DNA of 32,973 nucleotides from a virus (IMGVR_UViG_3300037440_001002:1-32973); one strand, 5' to 3'; counted from the first letter of the stretch, positions 8,343-17,483 are shown. Numbers and translations: made by a program. Notes: generated by a model not told the origin, from the letters alone.

Positions 8343-9194
8343 ATGACAATTGTACGAATAGTAAAACACGAACGCCGGTATGTATCCATTTGTAATGACG
8401 TTTTAGAGATGGAAAATCTAAGTTGGGAAGCTAAAGGATTGTGGTCATATTTGCTTTCCCGCCCCCCCAATTGGGAGCCCAATATTGCTCATCTCACGAC
8501 GCACTTCCCTTCAGGAAAAGACCGTCTCTATAGAATTTTCCAGGAATTGGAAGGGGTAGGACTGTGTTCTAAAACGCAAGAAAGATTGCCCAATGGGTTC
8601 ATGGGAAAGTTTCTCTACACCATTTATGAAGACCCTCAATTAAATAAAAGATTACCGCACACGGAAAATCCGCTAGCGGATAATCCGCTAGCGGAAAATC
8701 CGACGCATAATAAAGACAGAGAAAAAATAAAAACGGATGATGATGATGATCTAGGCGAAAAAACGCCTAAGGTGCCTTGTGGGAATGTTCATAACTCACC
8801 CCATGAGGTTACAAAGAAAACTTTCAAGGGAGAAGTTCTCTGTTGCTTGGACGACTTCCACGCCTATTTGGCTCGTAAAGGGATTTCTTTTCCTAACCAT
8901 TTGATTGTTAAAGCTTGGAATAAATTTGTGCAGACAGATATAAAAATGGATAATTGGCTTCATTATTTGGAGCGAATGGTCGAAAATCTTGAAACCCAGG
9001 AGAATACATGTCAGAAGAACCGAATTCCCAAGAAGAGCTCAAAGCCAAAGCCGAAGCCTTCGAACGCAGAGTCCGGGCAACAAAAACCCAATGGTGGGGA
9101 GAAAGATATTCCGAGGCCAACCAAGCCGCCCTTGTACACCTCGATCATGGATCCCAAACTCTTTTGCAATCCTTTCTCAGGGAAGCCGTGCTAA
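8343..9194 (+). CDS. Phage replication initiator (wHTH, lambda O-analogous)
   Basis: LSWEAKGLWSYLLSRPPNWE...ELEGVG N-terminal domain, internal ENPLADNPLAENP iteron signature, and a DnaC-like gene downstream. Confidence 0.85.
   Translation: MTIVRIVKHERRYVSICNDVLEMENLSWEAKGLWSYLLSRPPNWEPNIAHLTTHFPSGKDRLYRIFQELEGVGLCSKTQERLPNGFMGKFLYTIYEDPQLNKRLPHTENPLADNPLAENPTHNKDREKIKTDDDDDLGEKTPKVPCGNVHNSPHEVTKKTFKGEVLCCLDDFHAYLARKGISFPNHLIVKAWNKFVQTDIKMDNWLHYLERMVENLETQENTCQKNRIPKKSSKPKPKPSNAESGQQKPNGGEKDIPRPTKPPLYTSIMDPKLFCNPFSGKPC
8662..8702. repeat. Iterons / probable replication origin
   Basis: CGGAWAATCCG three times at a 15-bp period (8662, 8677, 8692), joined by palindromic CCGCTAGCGG and followed by an A-rich tract. 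Confidence 0.8.
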
Positions 9195-9631
9195 GAAAAA
9201 AAACTTTTTTACTTTTGATTGGTCCTCCCGGAACCGGCAAAACCTATATTTGCGCCGCTTTAACCTCTTGGATATTACTGCACTTTAACACTTATCGTGT
9301 GTGGAAAGAATACGATTTTCAAAAGCACATTCGAGATAAAATCCAGTGTGGGTGGGATGCTCATGATACGGTAGCCTATGCTTCCGATGATGAGCTCATT
9401 ATTTATGATGATCTTGGATCCCAACCAGTTAACGATTGGCGCCAAGAGATATTTTTCCATTTTGTCGATGAAAGATATTCTAGAAATATGCCTACGGTTA
9501 TCACTTCAAATCTTTCTCGAGAAGAAATCGCCACGAGATATGAAGAGCGCGTTGCGAGTAGACTTTTCGGCAAAGCTTCTGTGATTATTGATTTGTTTGG
9601 ATCAGTCGATTTGAGAGAAGAATTCGGATAA
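9008..9631 (+). CDS. DnaC/IstB-like AAA+ helicase loader
   Basis: Walker A GPPGTGKT, Walker B LIIYDDLG, PTVITSNL and RVASRL; AGGAG RBS. Confidence 0.92.
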   Translation: MSEEPNSQEELKAKAEAFERRVRATKTQWWGERYSEANQAALVHLDHGSQTLLQSFLREAVLRKKTFLLLIGPPGTGKTYICAALTSWILLHFNTYRVWKEYDFQKHIRDKIQCGWDAHDTVAYASDDELIIYDDLGSQPVNDWRQEIFFHFVDERYSRNMPTVITSNLSREEIATRYEERVASRLFGKASVIIDLFGSVDLREEFG

Positions 9632-9836
9632 ACCTCAAAGGGATAGGTTGCAAAAAAATATTTAATGCTTAATGATGATTATTTATTTTAAAGCGCAGCT
9701 GAAAGGCAAACCCATTTTAAGGCTCTCTAACGAACGATCAAGGGTTGAGGGCTATGGAAGGACATAATAAACACGATCGTTCAATACAGGCCAAGCAAAC
9801 AGCCTTCACGACGATTCTAATACAGGAAACGTTTGC

Positions 9837-10151
9837 ATGATTGAGATAATCGACTACCAACCCGTTTACGACAAAAAGTCCATCGTTGGGTTTTTCTCGG
9901 TTAAGATTCCTGAATGGCACATGACCATCGCTCGCATGGTAGATTTCAAAAAGGGAGATCAAACATGGATCGGCTTGCCTTCATGGGCAAAGAAAAAGTC
10001 CGAAAACCCTGTCTCTTTTGATTTCTTACCCATCATCTCATTTGAGAAACAAGTGGAAAAAAAATTTCTCGATTGCTGCAAAAAAGAGTTGCAAGAATAC
10101 AAACAGAAAAGCCAAAAGAAAGGAGATGATAAATCTACTTTACTATTTTGA
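9837..10151 (+). CDS. SpoVG-like protein (copy 2)
   Basis: MIEII...IVGFFSVKIPEWHMTI...KKGDQTWIGLPS...FLPIISF is a SpoVG-like pattern. Confidence 0.6.
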   Translation: MIEIIDYQPVYDKKSIVGFFSVKIPEWHMTIARMVDFKKGDQTWIGLPSWAKKKSENPVSFDFLPIISFEKQVEKKFLDCCKKELQEYKQKSQKKGDDKSTLLF

Positions 10152-10187
10152 ATAATTTGAATGTTTAAGCGGAATTAAGGTTTTAAG

Positions 10188-10472
10188 GTGCAAATTCTTA
10201 ACGACTTATGCGAAATGACGAATGAAGAGTTTATCGAACGGTTAACAGCCATGGTACCTGAAGCCGTGTGTGCTCAAAGCCGAATGATAATCGAGAAAGA
10301 TATTTTTGAAAAGTCGTCGGCATCTTTCGAATCTGTGCTAAGGGAAATCTACAAAACCTTGATCAGTCTGCCGGACAATTCCGTTACCGATGAACTGGTA
10401 GATGAGCTTAAGATGTCCTATGTGCTTTACCTCTACACGACCATTTCAATGCGGGTGGTGCTTAATGACTGA
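10188..10472 (+). CDS. Hypothetical protein
   Basis: GTG start, 94 aa, in operon context. Confidence 0.55.
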   Translation: MQILNDLCEMTNEEFIERLTAMVPEAVCAQSRMIIEKDIFEKSSASFESVLREIYKTLISLPDNSVTDELVDELKMSYVLYLYTTISMRVVLND

Positions 10473-10899
10473 AAATATCATGGACGAGCAGATGCTCTTC
10501 TCCTATACGATTCCGGGAAAGCCTGTCCCAAGCAAACTTAAATGCAATAAAATAGGTCGAATCTTCAATGCACGAAAAGCTTACATAACCGGTTACCGCT
10601 TTCATCTAAAATCACTCTATCAACAAAAGCCCTTCCGTGGAGAAGTGAGAGTCTCTTATTTTTTTGGCTTCCCTATCCCCAAGTCATGGCCTAAGCAAAA
10701 AAAAGAAGAAGCCGAGCAAGGGGGAATGCCCTATCCTTTCCGCCCCGATTACGACAATTTAGAAAAGACCTACAATGACATCATCAAGGGAATTGTCATT
10801 GCAGACGACGACCAGATTATCAAGGCTTCGGCCAAGAAGGAGTACACAACGGAACCAAGAACAGACATAACGATTTACTATGCCCAAGAAAAACTATAA
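10465..10899 (+). CDS. rusA: RusA-family Holliday junction resolvase
   Basis: IPGKPVP, FPIPKSW and RPDYDNLEK...DII.GIVIADDDQI...KEY...PRT; start placed at ATG 10465. Confidence 0.9.
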   Translation: MTENIMDEQMLFSYTIPGKPVPSKLKCNKIGRIFNARKAYITGYRFHLKSLYQQKPFRGEVRVSYFFGFPIPKSWPKQKKEEAEQGGMPYPFRPDYDNLEKTYNDIIKGIVIADDDQIIKASAKKEYTTEPRTDITIYYAQEKL

Positions 10900-11389
10900 G
10901 CCAAACATCAACAAGCGCGGGCGTCCCCCAAAGTTTGTGACCGATCGCAAGATCGATCGTTACATCGAAGGAAACATAGTAGACCCCAGCAAGCTGCCTA
11001 AGTTTGTGACTGGGAAATACGATAAGTTTGATCCCAAGCAGATGGAGAACTTCACCAAGGCTCAAATCATTTACCTCATTGCTTCACTGGGCGGCTCACA
11101 GGCGGATTGCGGGCGTTATGCGGGTATAACCCAACCAGCGGTAAGACAGAACTACCACGACGTTTATTTTAGCGGAAAAGCAGACATTAAAATGAGAATC
11201 CGCTGCGCTCAGCTTCAAAAAGCTCTGGAGGGGGACAGCAATCTCCTTAAGCATCTTGGAATCACTTATTGCGAAGACCAACGTACAGCGGGTTTACAAG
11301 ACATTGCACCCGAAGAATTGAAGGGTATCATTGAAATATTAGCTGGAGGAGGAAAACTTGATGGAGAAGAAGATGAAATTGACATTTGA
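10880..11389 (+). CDS. terS: Putative terminase small subunit
   Basis: GRPPK, an HTH, and QLQKALEGDSNLLKHLG; lies upstream of terL. Confidence 0.65.
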   Translation: MPKKNYKPNINKRGRPPKFVTDRKIDRYIEGNIVDPSKLPKFVTGKYDKFDPKQMENFTKAQIIYLIASLGGSQADCGRYAGITQPAVRQNYHDVYFSGKADIKMRIRCAQLQKALEGDSNLLKHLGITYCEDQRTAGLQDIAPEELKGIIEILAGGGKLDGEEDEIDI

Positions 11390-11591
11390 AGTCTCAACTC
11401 GCGAACAAGCGTTGATGTATCTCAATGGCCCGTTGTATGAAGATTTTCTCTGGAGTATACGAGAGGAGATGTCCAACGAGATATCTACATGGCTTAGTAA
11501 TCAGAATTCATGTATCAACCCTCAATACGCTGATCTTATAGGCAAAATTGCTTTGTGGATTAAACATATTGATGAAGCACTAGGAGAATAA
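11361..11591 (+). CDS. Hypothetical protein
   Basis: GGAGG RBS; related in style to the next ORF (KLTFE / KLTIE; WSIRE / WEIHN). Confidence 0.65.
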   Translation: MEKKMKLTFEVSTREQALMYLNGPLYEDFLWSIREEMSNEISTWLSNQNSCINPQYADLIGKIALWIKHIDEALGE

Positions 11592-11785
11592 TGTATAAAC
11601 TGACCATAGAATCCGATGAAGCAGAAGACATCGAGTTGGCTTTACAGGCAAGAGAAGTATTGGGCACTATTTGGGAAATCCATAATTTAGCTCGTGCGCA
11701 ACTAAAACATGGCGACGAAACAGTGGCGTCACTAGACAAAACACTTGAAGAAATATATGAATTAACTTTGGAATACGTGAGGTAA
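11591..11785 (+). CDS. Hypothetical protein
   Basis: AGGAG RBS and TAATG coupling. Confidence 0.7.
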   Translation: MYKLTIESDEAEDIELALQAREVLGTIWEIHNLARAQLKHGDETVASLDKTLEEIYELTLEYVR

Positions 11786-11787
11786 AC

Positions 11788-11961
11788 ATGAAAACGGTAT
11801 CAATGGATTGGGACGAGTACGTCAAAGAAGCACAAGCCCAATATCAAAATGGAATGAACTCAGGAGCTGAGTACTGCATGCGTCATAGTCTTTCAGACAA
11901 GGATCTCCCGGAAGACCTTAAAGCTCTTAAAGAAAAAATTGAGTCTGAAGTAAAGTCTTAG
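11788..11961 (+). CDS. 57-aa hypothetical protein (not in ORF track)
   Basis: GAGGT RBS; MKTVSMDWDEYVKEAQ...KIESEVKS*. Confidence 0.65.
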   Translation: MKTVSMDWDEYVKEAQAQYQNGMNSGAEYCMRHSLSDKDLPEDLKALKEKIESEVKS

Positions 11962-11998
11962 ATTATTTATAGTGAGGTCATAACCCCGGAGGTGGGAT

Positions 11999-12376
11999 AT
12001 GGCAACACAAGTAAATGCTAGGGCAAGAGACTTTCACTTTACCTTAGACTTAGACGATTCTTGTAACTGCTGCAGACGTAGACACAGGGTTCATGACGAT
12101 CTTCATGTTTACATCCATAGCGACGGCAGAGCAGAGCCTTTTACTCCTAAAAAGGCTCACTCTCCCTCAATCGCTTTAGCGAGATGCGTTACCAACTTAA
12201 GTGAGGTAATCGGAGCTTTAGCTGAATTGGAGGGAGAAGATCCTAAAACTGTAAGACAGGAATTTACGGCTCAGACGGGAATTGACCTAAATCCTAAAAG
12301 GGCCCAGGAAATTTCTCTAGGAGATCTCCGCGCGATCAACGCGGCGGTAAAACGGATATTTACTAAAGAGACCTAG
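11999..12376 (+). CDS. Hypothetical protein with a Cys cluster (SCNCCRRR)
   Basis: GGAGGT RBS; 125 aa immediately before terL. Confidence 0.75.
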   Translation: MATQVNARARDFHFTLDLDDSCNCCRRRHRVHDDLHVYIHSDGRAEPFTPKKAHSPSIALARCVTNLSEVIGALAELEGEDPKTVRQEFTAQTGIDLNPKRAQEISLGDLRAINAAVKRIFTKET

Positions 12377-12377
12377 G

Positions 12378-13688
12378 ATGTGGGAACTTAGCCCCAAACA
12401 AAAAGACTTCGTGATGAACTCGGACGGTCGCTATAACCTAGCAATCGGCTCTGTTCGTTCGGGGAAAACTGTAGCTGCAAACTTCGCTTTTATGAGGTTT
12501 GCAGCTACAGATATCAAAGGGCCGATGGTCATCCTTGGTAAGACTGAGCACTCAATTAAAACAAACATCCTAACGCCTTTTTCTGACATTCTCGGCAAAT
12601 ACTTCCACTACAAAGCGGGAGACCGGAAGCTTTACATTGCGGGTAGAGAAATTGATGTAATCGGCGCAAGCGACCTTAAAGCCGAAGGAAAGATTAGAGG
12701 AGCTACCTATGCTGGAGCTCTAGTGGATGAAGCTACCGTTATTCCCGAACCAGTCTTTCGTCAGCTTACCTATCGCTTATCGGTTCCCAACGCAAGGCTT
12801 TTTGCTACGACAAACCCTGACAGCCCTTACCATTGGCTGAAGACCGGGTACATAGACCAAACACATAACGAAGACATTGGGGTCAAGGTTTGGCGCTTTA
12901 ACTTCGATGATAACCCTACGCTGGATGAAGGTTACATTCGCAAGATTAAAGCTGAGTCTCATGGTCTATGGTATAAGCGCTTCATTGAGGGTGAGTGGGT
13001 ATTAGCCGAAGGAGCCATCTACGACTTTTTTGACGAATCTATTCATACCATCCCTCACCAGCCAGGTATGGCGCAAGAGTACGCTATCGGCATAGACTAC
13101 GGCACCATGAACCCTTGCTGCTTTGTGTTGATGGGCTATAACCCCAACCTCTTTCCTCAGCTATGGGTGGAAAAGGAATACTACTACGACAGCCAAAAAT
13201 CTAACCGCATTAAGACCGACTCCGAATATGCGCAAGACTTAGCCAGATTTATTGAGGGTTTGCCTATTTCAGCTATATATGTAGACCCATCAGCTGCGTC
13301 CTTTAAGGCAGAAATGCGCAATGCTGGGATCTCCAACATCTATGATGCGCAAAACGATGTCATGAATGGAATAAGATTGGTAACCGAGCACTTGGCTAAC
13401 GGGACCATGAAAATTTGTCAGTGTGCGCGCAATGTCATTCACGAGTTTTCAAATTATGTATGGGATCTTCAGGCTGCACAAAAGGGAGTAGAGAAACCCC
13501 TTAAAACAAATGATCATTCCATGGACGCAATTCGCTACGTGGCCTTTTCGCGCTATCAAAAATTATCACAAAACCGTTTAACGCAAGAAGATATGGACAG
13601 ATTCCATGCCGAAATATATGGAAGACAACCTAATTTACCTGACTTTTTTAGAGATACAGGGATAGCAGGAGGACACCAAATTTTATGA
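12378..13688 (+). CDS. terL: Terminase large subunit (PBSX-like)
   Basis: Walker A GSVRSGKT, Walker B ALVDE, TTNP motif, nuclease GIDYG, YVDPS and DHSMDAIRY. Confidence 0.96.
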   Translation: MWELSPKQKDFVMNSDGRYNLAIGSVRSGKTVAANFAFMRFAATDIKGPMVILGKTEHSIKTNILTPFSDILGKYFHYKAGDRKLYIAGREIDVIGASDLKAEGKIRGATYAGALVDEATVIPEPVFRQLTYRLSVPNARLFATTNPDSPYHWLKTGYIDQTHNEDIGVKVWRFNFDDNPTLDEGYIRKIKAESHGLWYKRFIEGEWVLAEGAIYDFFDESIHTIPHQPGMAQEYAIGIDYGTMNPCCFVLMGYNPNLFPQLWVEKEYYYDSQKSNRIKTDSEYAQDLARFIEGLPISAIYVDPSAASFKAEMRNAGISNIYDAQNDVMNGIRLVTEHLANGTMKICQCARNVIHEFSNYVWDLQAAQKGVEKPLKTNDHSMDAIRYVAFSRYQKLSQNRLTQEDMDRFHAEIYGRQPNLPDFFRDTGIAGGHQIL

Positions 13689-13924
13689 ATAATAAAGACT
13701 TTGTAGAAAAAGAAATGAACCTCATTTCAGGAATTAAAGAATTTCTTGCTCTTAACGGCTATGATGACTACCGCGTCATTCTCAGCGCCCTATCAGTCAT
13801 GCTCACTGAGTTAATCGGAATGACCATGACAGAGAAAGAAGCGGGAGCATTTATGGCCTTATTCGCCAAAGGAATCACAGATATTCAGTTAGAATTTGCT
13901 CCTCTGAGAGAAAAAGAAAATTGA
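13685..13924 (+). CDS. Hypothetical protein
   Basis: ATGA overlap with terL; 79 aa. Confidence 0.6.
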   Translation: MNNKDFVEKEMNLISGIKEFLALNGYDDYRVILSALSVMLTELIGMTMTEKEAGAFMALFAKGITDIQLEFAPLREKEN

Positions 13925-13966
13925 CATACAAAAATATAGTGCTGTAGTGTAAAGTAAAATATTTAC
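13921..13966 (+). promoter_or_regulatory. Sigma70-type promoter plus palindromic operator for the portal operon
   Basis: TTGACA-18-TAGTGT overlapped by GTAAAGTAAAATATTTAC (13949-13966). Confidence 0.6.
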
Positions 13967-13980
13967 TTCACTATAGTGCT

Positions 13981-16062
13981 ATGTCCTTATTTCGTCCCTC
14001 TGAACCTTCTTGGTACATTAATTCAGAAGACCGAAGTGTCATCCAGAGAATGGATGAATGCTACCAACACTCCATCACCATTCAACAATCCTTTTGGTCT
14101 GAAGCCGATTTAGACACACGGTTTAGAGCTGGAGACCAAGAGCTTTGGAGCGATATCTACGGAAACCTTCCCGCCTTTAGAAAGCGCGCCTTTAACTTCA
14201 ACCGTATACGCAGAGTCTGCAACATGGTCACGGGTCACCAGCGCAGAAACCGCCGCTCAACGAACTACGTGCCTCGGGAAAATGCAGATGCTAAAACAGC
14301 CACGCAATTCAACAAGCTAGGGTATTGGTTCACCGATCAAGCCTCTGTTGGCGAAATCTTTTCCCAAGCCTTCGATCAAATGCTAACCACAGGAATGAGC
14401 CTACTTTCTTTTTGGGCTGACTATCGGTCCGATCCCATCTCAGGAGATCCCAAGGTTGATGTAGTGAGCTATAATGCCTTTCTGATTGACCCTTACTTCA
14501 GAAAAGCTGATCTTTCAGATTGCAACTTTGTGTGGACGCGAAAGTACCTATCTCACATAGAAGCGATGTCTTTAGACCCTTCGAAAAAAGAGATGATTGA
14601 GCAGATCCAAAAGACTCAAGCCCGAGACGGAAAGTTTCAGTTTCTCCCCGAGTCGTACAACTACGGAATCACCGACCTTCTCACCTACGATGAGTACTGG
14701 TATAGAGACTTTCGTAAGCTAAAGATGCTGGTGGATCTTATGACCGGGGAAACCATGGAGTGGTCAGGAAGTGAAGAAAACCTCGAAGAGTTTTTGCGCT
14801 ACTCGGGCAAAAGAGTTACAATCATTGAGCAGACCGTTCCCACCGTTAAACTGGCAACTGTATTAGAAGGACACGTACTATATCATGGTGAAAACCCCCT
14901 TGGCATTGACACCTATCCTTTTGTTCCTATGTTGGGGTATTACGACCCTCAGCTTCCTTACTTCCCATGGCGAGTCCAAGGAATGGTCAGAGGACTACGA
15001 GACGCACAATACCTCTACAATCGACGCAAAGTTATTGAGCTCGACATTCTCGAATCACAGATTAATTCAGGATGGAAGGCAAAAGAGAATGCGCTTGTAA
15101 ACCCAAAGGACGCATTCCTCTCTGGACAAGGTCGTCTATTAGCTATCAAACAAGACGCTCTTATGAGCGATGTAGAGCAGATTCAACCTCCTCAAATTCC
15201 CCCTTCGATGATTCAGCTTTCCGAGATTTTAGGTCGTGAGATGCAAGAAATCTCCGGAGTGAATGAAGAGCTTTTAGGCTCGGCCGATGATTCTAAAGCA
15301 GGTATTCTTTCGATGCTAAGACAGGGAGCAGGGCTCACTACACTTCAAGTGCTTTTTGACCAAGCCGACCAAGCGCAAAAATATTTAGGAAATATCTTTT
15401 TACAATATGCCCAAAAAAACTTTACTCCCGGAAAAGTCCAGCGAATTATTGGAGAAAAACCGGCGCCTTCCTTCTACCATCGCTGTTTCGGAAAATACGA
15501 CGCTGTTGTGGAAGAGGGAGTCAACACCTCTACTCAGAGACAGCAACAGTTCTTGCAGCTACTCCACTTGCGTGAGATTGGCGTTCCGATTCCGCCGAAA
15601 GTACTTATTGAAAATGCTACTCTTAGCGATAAAAAAGAACTCATTGAGGCCATTGGACAAGAAGAAGAGCAAAAGCAGCAAATTGGAATGCAACAAATGC
15701 AGCTCCAAATGGAGCTTTTGCAAGCTCAGATTAAAGATCTAGAGGCTAAATCGATGGCTAACCAAGGACTGGGGATGGAAAGGATGTCTAGAATTGAGGA
15801 AAACAGAGCATTAGCAGTGGAAAGAATGGCAGAATCTGAAAAAGATAGAGAACTCGGAGCTCTACATTACACTAAAGCCCTTAAAGAACTCGAAGGTATG
15901 GACCTTCAAAATCTTCAAAACCTTTTGGCCGTTCTAGATACTCTCAAGCAGCGTCTCCAAAATCAGGCACAACCTGCGCAAAATCAGGAACAAAGCGAGT
16001 TAAGTCAGCCTGTAGAAGAACAAAGCGAGACGGAATTAGTTGAAGAAAATGCTCAACTGTGA
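13981..16062 (+). CDS. Portal protein (P22-like)
   Basis: 693 aa after terL; FNFNRIR...VTGHQR, YPFVP, GMVRGLRDAQ..YN, ISGVNEELLG and a Q-rich C-terminal coiled coil. Confidence 0.9.
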   Translation: MSLFRPSEPSWYINSEDRSVIQRMDECYQHSITIQQSFWSEADLDTRFRAGDQELWSDIYGNLPAFRKRAFNFNRIRRVCNMVTGHQRRNRRSTNYVPRENADAKTATQFNKLGYWFTDQASVGEIFSQAFDQMLTTGMSLLSFWADYRSDPISGDPKVDVVSYNAFLIDPYFRKADLSDCNFVWTRKYLSHIEAMSLDPSKKEMIEQIQKTQARDGKFQFLPESYNYGITDLLTYDEYWYRDFRKLKMLVDLMTGETMEWSGSEENLEEFLRYSGKRVTIIEQTVPTVKLATVLEGHVLYHGENPLGIDTYPFVPMLGYYDPQLPYFPWRVQGMVRGLRDAQYLYNRRKVIELDILESQINSGWKAKENALVNPKDAFLSGQGRLLAIKQDALMSDVEQIQPPQIPPSMIQLSEILGREMQEISGVNEELLGSADDSKAGILSMLRQGAGLTTLQVLFDQADQAQKYLGNIFLQYAQKNFTPGKVQRIIGEKPAPSFYHRCFGKYDAVVEEGVNTSTQRQQQFLQLLHLREIGVPIPPKVLIENATLSDKKELIEAIGQEEEQKQQIGMQQMQLQMELLQAQIKDLEAKSMANQGLGMERMSRIEENRALAVERMAESEKDRELGALHYTKALKELEGMDLQNLQNLLAVLDTLKQRLQNQAQPAQNQEQSELSQPVEEQSETELVEENAQL

Positions 16063-16152
16063 CAAAACTTAATTTGAAAGCGTATTCTAAACGTACGGTC
16101 ACCCCGTAAACAGAAAGGTATGCTCAACCAAACAGCAACCCAAGAGGGAAAA

Positions 16153-16524
16153 ATGGCTAAACATTACAAGCAAGGGTACAATTCCCGACTCGACGAGTCA
16201 CTAGGAATGAGACGAGGAAAAGAAAGCTCAAAAAAGCAGAGCTATAAATCACGACGGGATGAAAGCCGTGGTATGCGCAAGCACAATGCAGACATGCATT
16301 CGAAAGCGGACAAAGAAACGCAACTATATCACAAAGGCAAAGATTACTATGGTCCAGGTTATGGCGAGCCTTCTAATCTTCCGCAGCGTGAGATTATGCA
16401 TAAATACCCTGAGCCTTACCCAAGCCTTAAAACTGATTATCACGACACTATTACGGGTATCGACGATGATTTGATGGATTCATTCCGTAAGGTAGAAAGG
16501 CACCCATCGGATTCAATGTATTAA
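16153..16524 (+). CDS. Basic small protein, possibly virion core
   Basis: GAGGG RBS; K/R-rich N-terminus KQGYNSRLDESLGMRRGK...SRRDESRGM. Confidence 0.7.
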   Translation: MAKHYKQGYNSRLDESLGMRRGKESSKKQSYKSRRDESRGMRKHNADMHSKADKETQLYHKGKDYYGPGYGEPSNLPQREIMHKYPEPYPSLKTDYHDTITGIDDDLMDSFRKVERHPSDSMY

Positions 16525-16703
16525 TGCCTATCATGGAACGCCCCAATTCTCGGACTAAGAAAATCTTTCATTCTGTGATGGAGCGCGCCCAGAATTATGG
16601 TGATGAAGCAGAGTTTTTTGATAAAAATATTCAAGAGACTCTGCCTTCAGGAAAAAAGGTAAAGGAAAATGAAGAATCCCTCTTCAAGCCGCCCAAACGT
16701 TAA
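16524..16703 (+). CDS. 59-aa hypothetical protein (not in ORF track)
   Basis: TAATG coupling; MPIMERPNSRTKKIF...FKPPKR*. Confidence 0.6.
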   Translation: MPIMERPNSRTKKIFHSVMERAQNYGDEAEFFDKNIQETLPSGKKVKENEESLFKPPKR

Positions 16704-16956
16704 AAAGAAAGCCGTCAAGCATCACAAAGCTGACATTCAGGGCTACAAAAAACAACGCAAAAATCTATCCCACGAAATCCAAGAAGATAAAGAGCTCGTT
16801 TCGACGCTCCGAGGAAACCAAAATGGCAGAAAAAAAGAAAAAGCGTGCTGCTCCGCGTGTAAAAATGGTCATCGTTGCGAAGGTAGTAAAAGTTCCCCAA
16901 GGAAAAGAGTCACAGCTAAGAAAAAAGCCGGGCTCAAGCAACGTTGGAAAGTATAA
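16669..16956 (+). CDS. Lys-rich small protein
   Basis: AAGGA RBS; KKKAVKHHKADIQGYKK...EDKEL. The C-terminal half overlaps the next gene. Confidence 0.55.
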   Translation: MKNPSSSRPNVKKKAVKHHKADIQGYKKQRKNLSHEIQEDKELVSTLRGNQNGRKKEKACCSACKNGHRCEGSKSSPRKRVTAKKKAGLKQRWKV

Positions 16957-17149
16957 AAAAGTCGCCAAGAAAGAATTCTGTGGGGCAGAAGGAAAAAGCA
17001 GTAAGTTCAGCTATCCTGTTAACAGCGCTAAGCGTTGCCGCGCTGCTTTGGCCTATGCACATAACGCGCCAAACCCCGCAGGAATCAAGGCATGCGTCAA
17101 GAGAAAGTGTAAAGGCGAAATCAAAAAGTACTCTAAAAAAAGTAAATAA
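16823..17149 (+). CDS. Very basic protein with DUF6582-like motif
   Basis: GAGGA RBS; YPVNSAKRCRAALAYAHNAPNP. Confidence 0.7.
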   Translation: MAEKKKKRAAPRVKMVIVAKVVKVPQGKESQLRKKPGSSNVGKYKKVAKKEFCGAEGKSSKFSYPVNSAKRCRAALAYAHNAPNPAGIKACVKRKCKGEIKKYSKKSK

Positions 17150-17151
17150 AG

Positions 17152-17457
17152 ATGAGCAAGTTAAAAAGTGGACTCAAAGTCAAACATGAAGACATCGGAG
17201 CCTATAAGCCCGTCAAAAAGCATAGGAAAAAAGCTGTCGACAGGAAATATTCTCCTAAAGCAAACAAGAAAATTCATCAAGTTATTAGGGAATTTGAGGA
17301 AGGGGATTTACACTCTGGTTCTAAAAAAGGCCCAAAAGTTACGAACTTACGCCAGGCGTTGGCCATCGGAATCTCGACGGCTAAGCGTAAAGGATTTAAA
17401 GCCGGAGAAAAATGGTCTACCGCCCAGCGAAAAAAGAGAAAAAAAATTAAGCAATAA
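17152..17457 (+). CDS. DUF6496-like basic protein
   Basis: KIHQVIREFEEGDLHSGSKKGPKVTNLRQALAIGISTAKRKG. Confidence 0.8.
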   Translation: MSKLKSGLKVKHEDIGAYKPVKKHRKKAVDRKYSPKANKKIHQVIREFEEGDLHSGSKKGPKVTNLRQALAIGISTAKRKGFKAGEKWSTAQRKKRKKIKQ

Positions 17458-17483
17458 ATACGGAAAACCATTATGTTGATACA

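Noticed and set aside
8662-8702. Short repeats as a CRISPR array
   Set aside because: The period is 15 bp, there are no spacers, and they lie inside a coding region; better explained as iterons.
9701-9730. AAAGGCAAACC resembling the start of a c-di-GMP-I (GEMM) riboswitch
   Set aside because: It lacks the GNRA-capped P2 stem, the ACGCAAAGC junction and the closing P1 strand.
11950-11967. GTAAAGTCTTAGATTATT as another operator copy
   Set aside because: It lies in the end of a coding ORF and the right half-site does not match.
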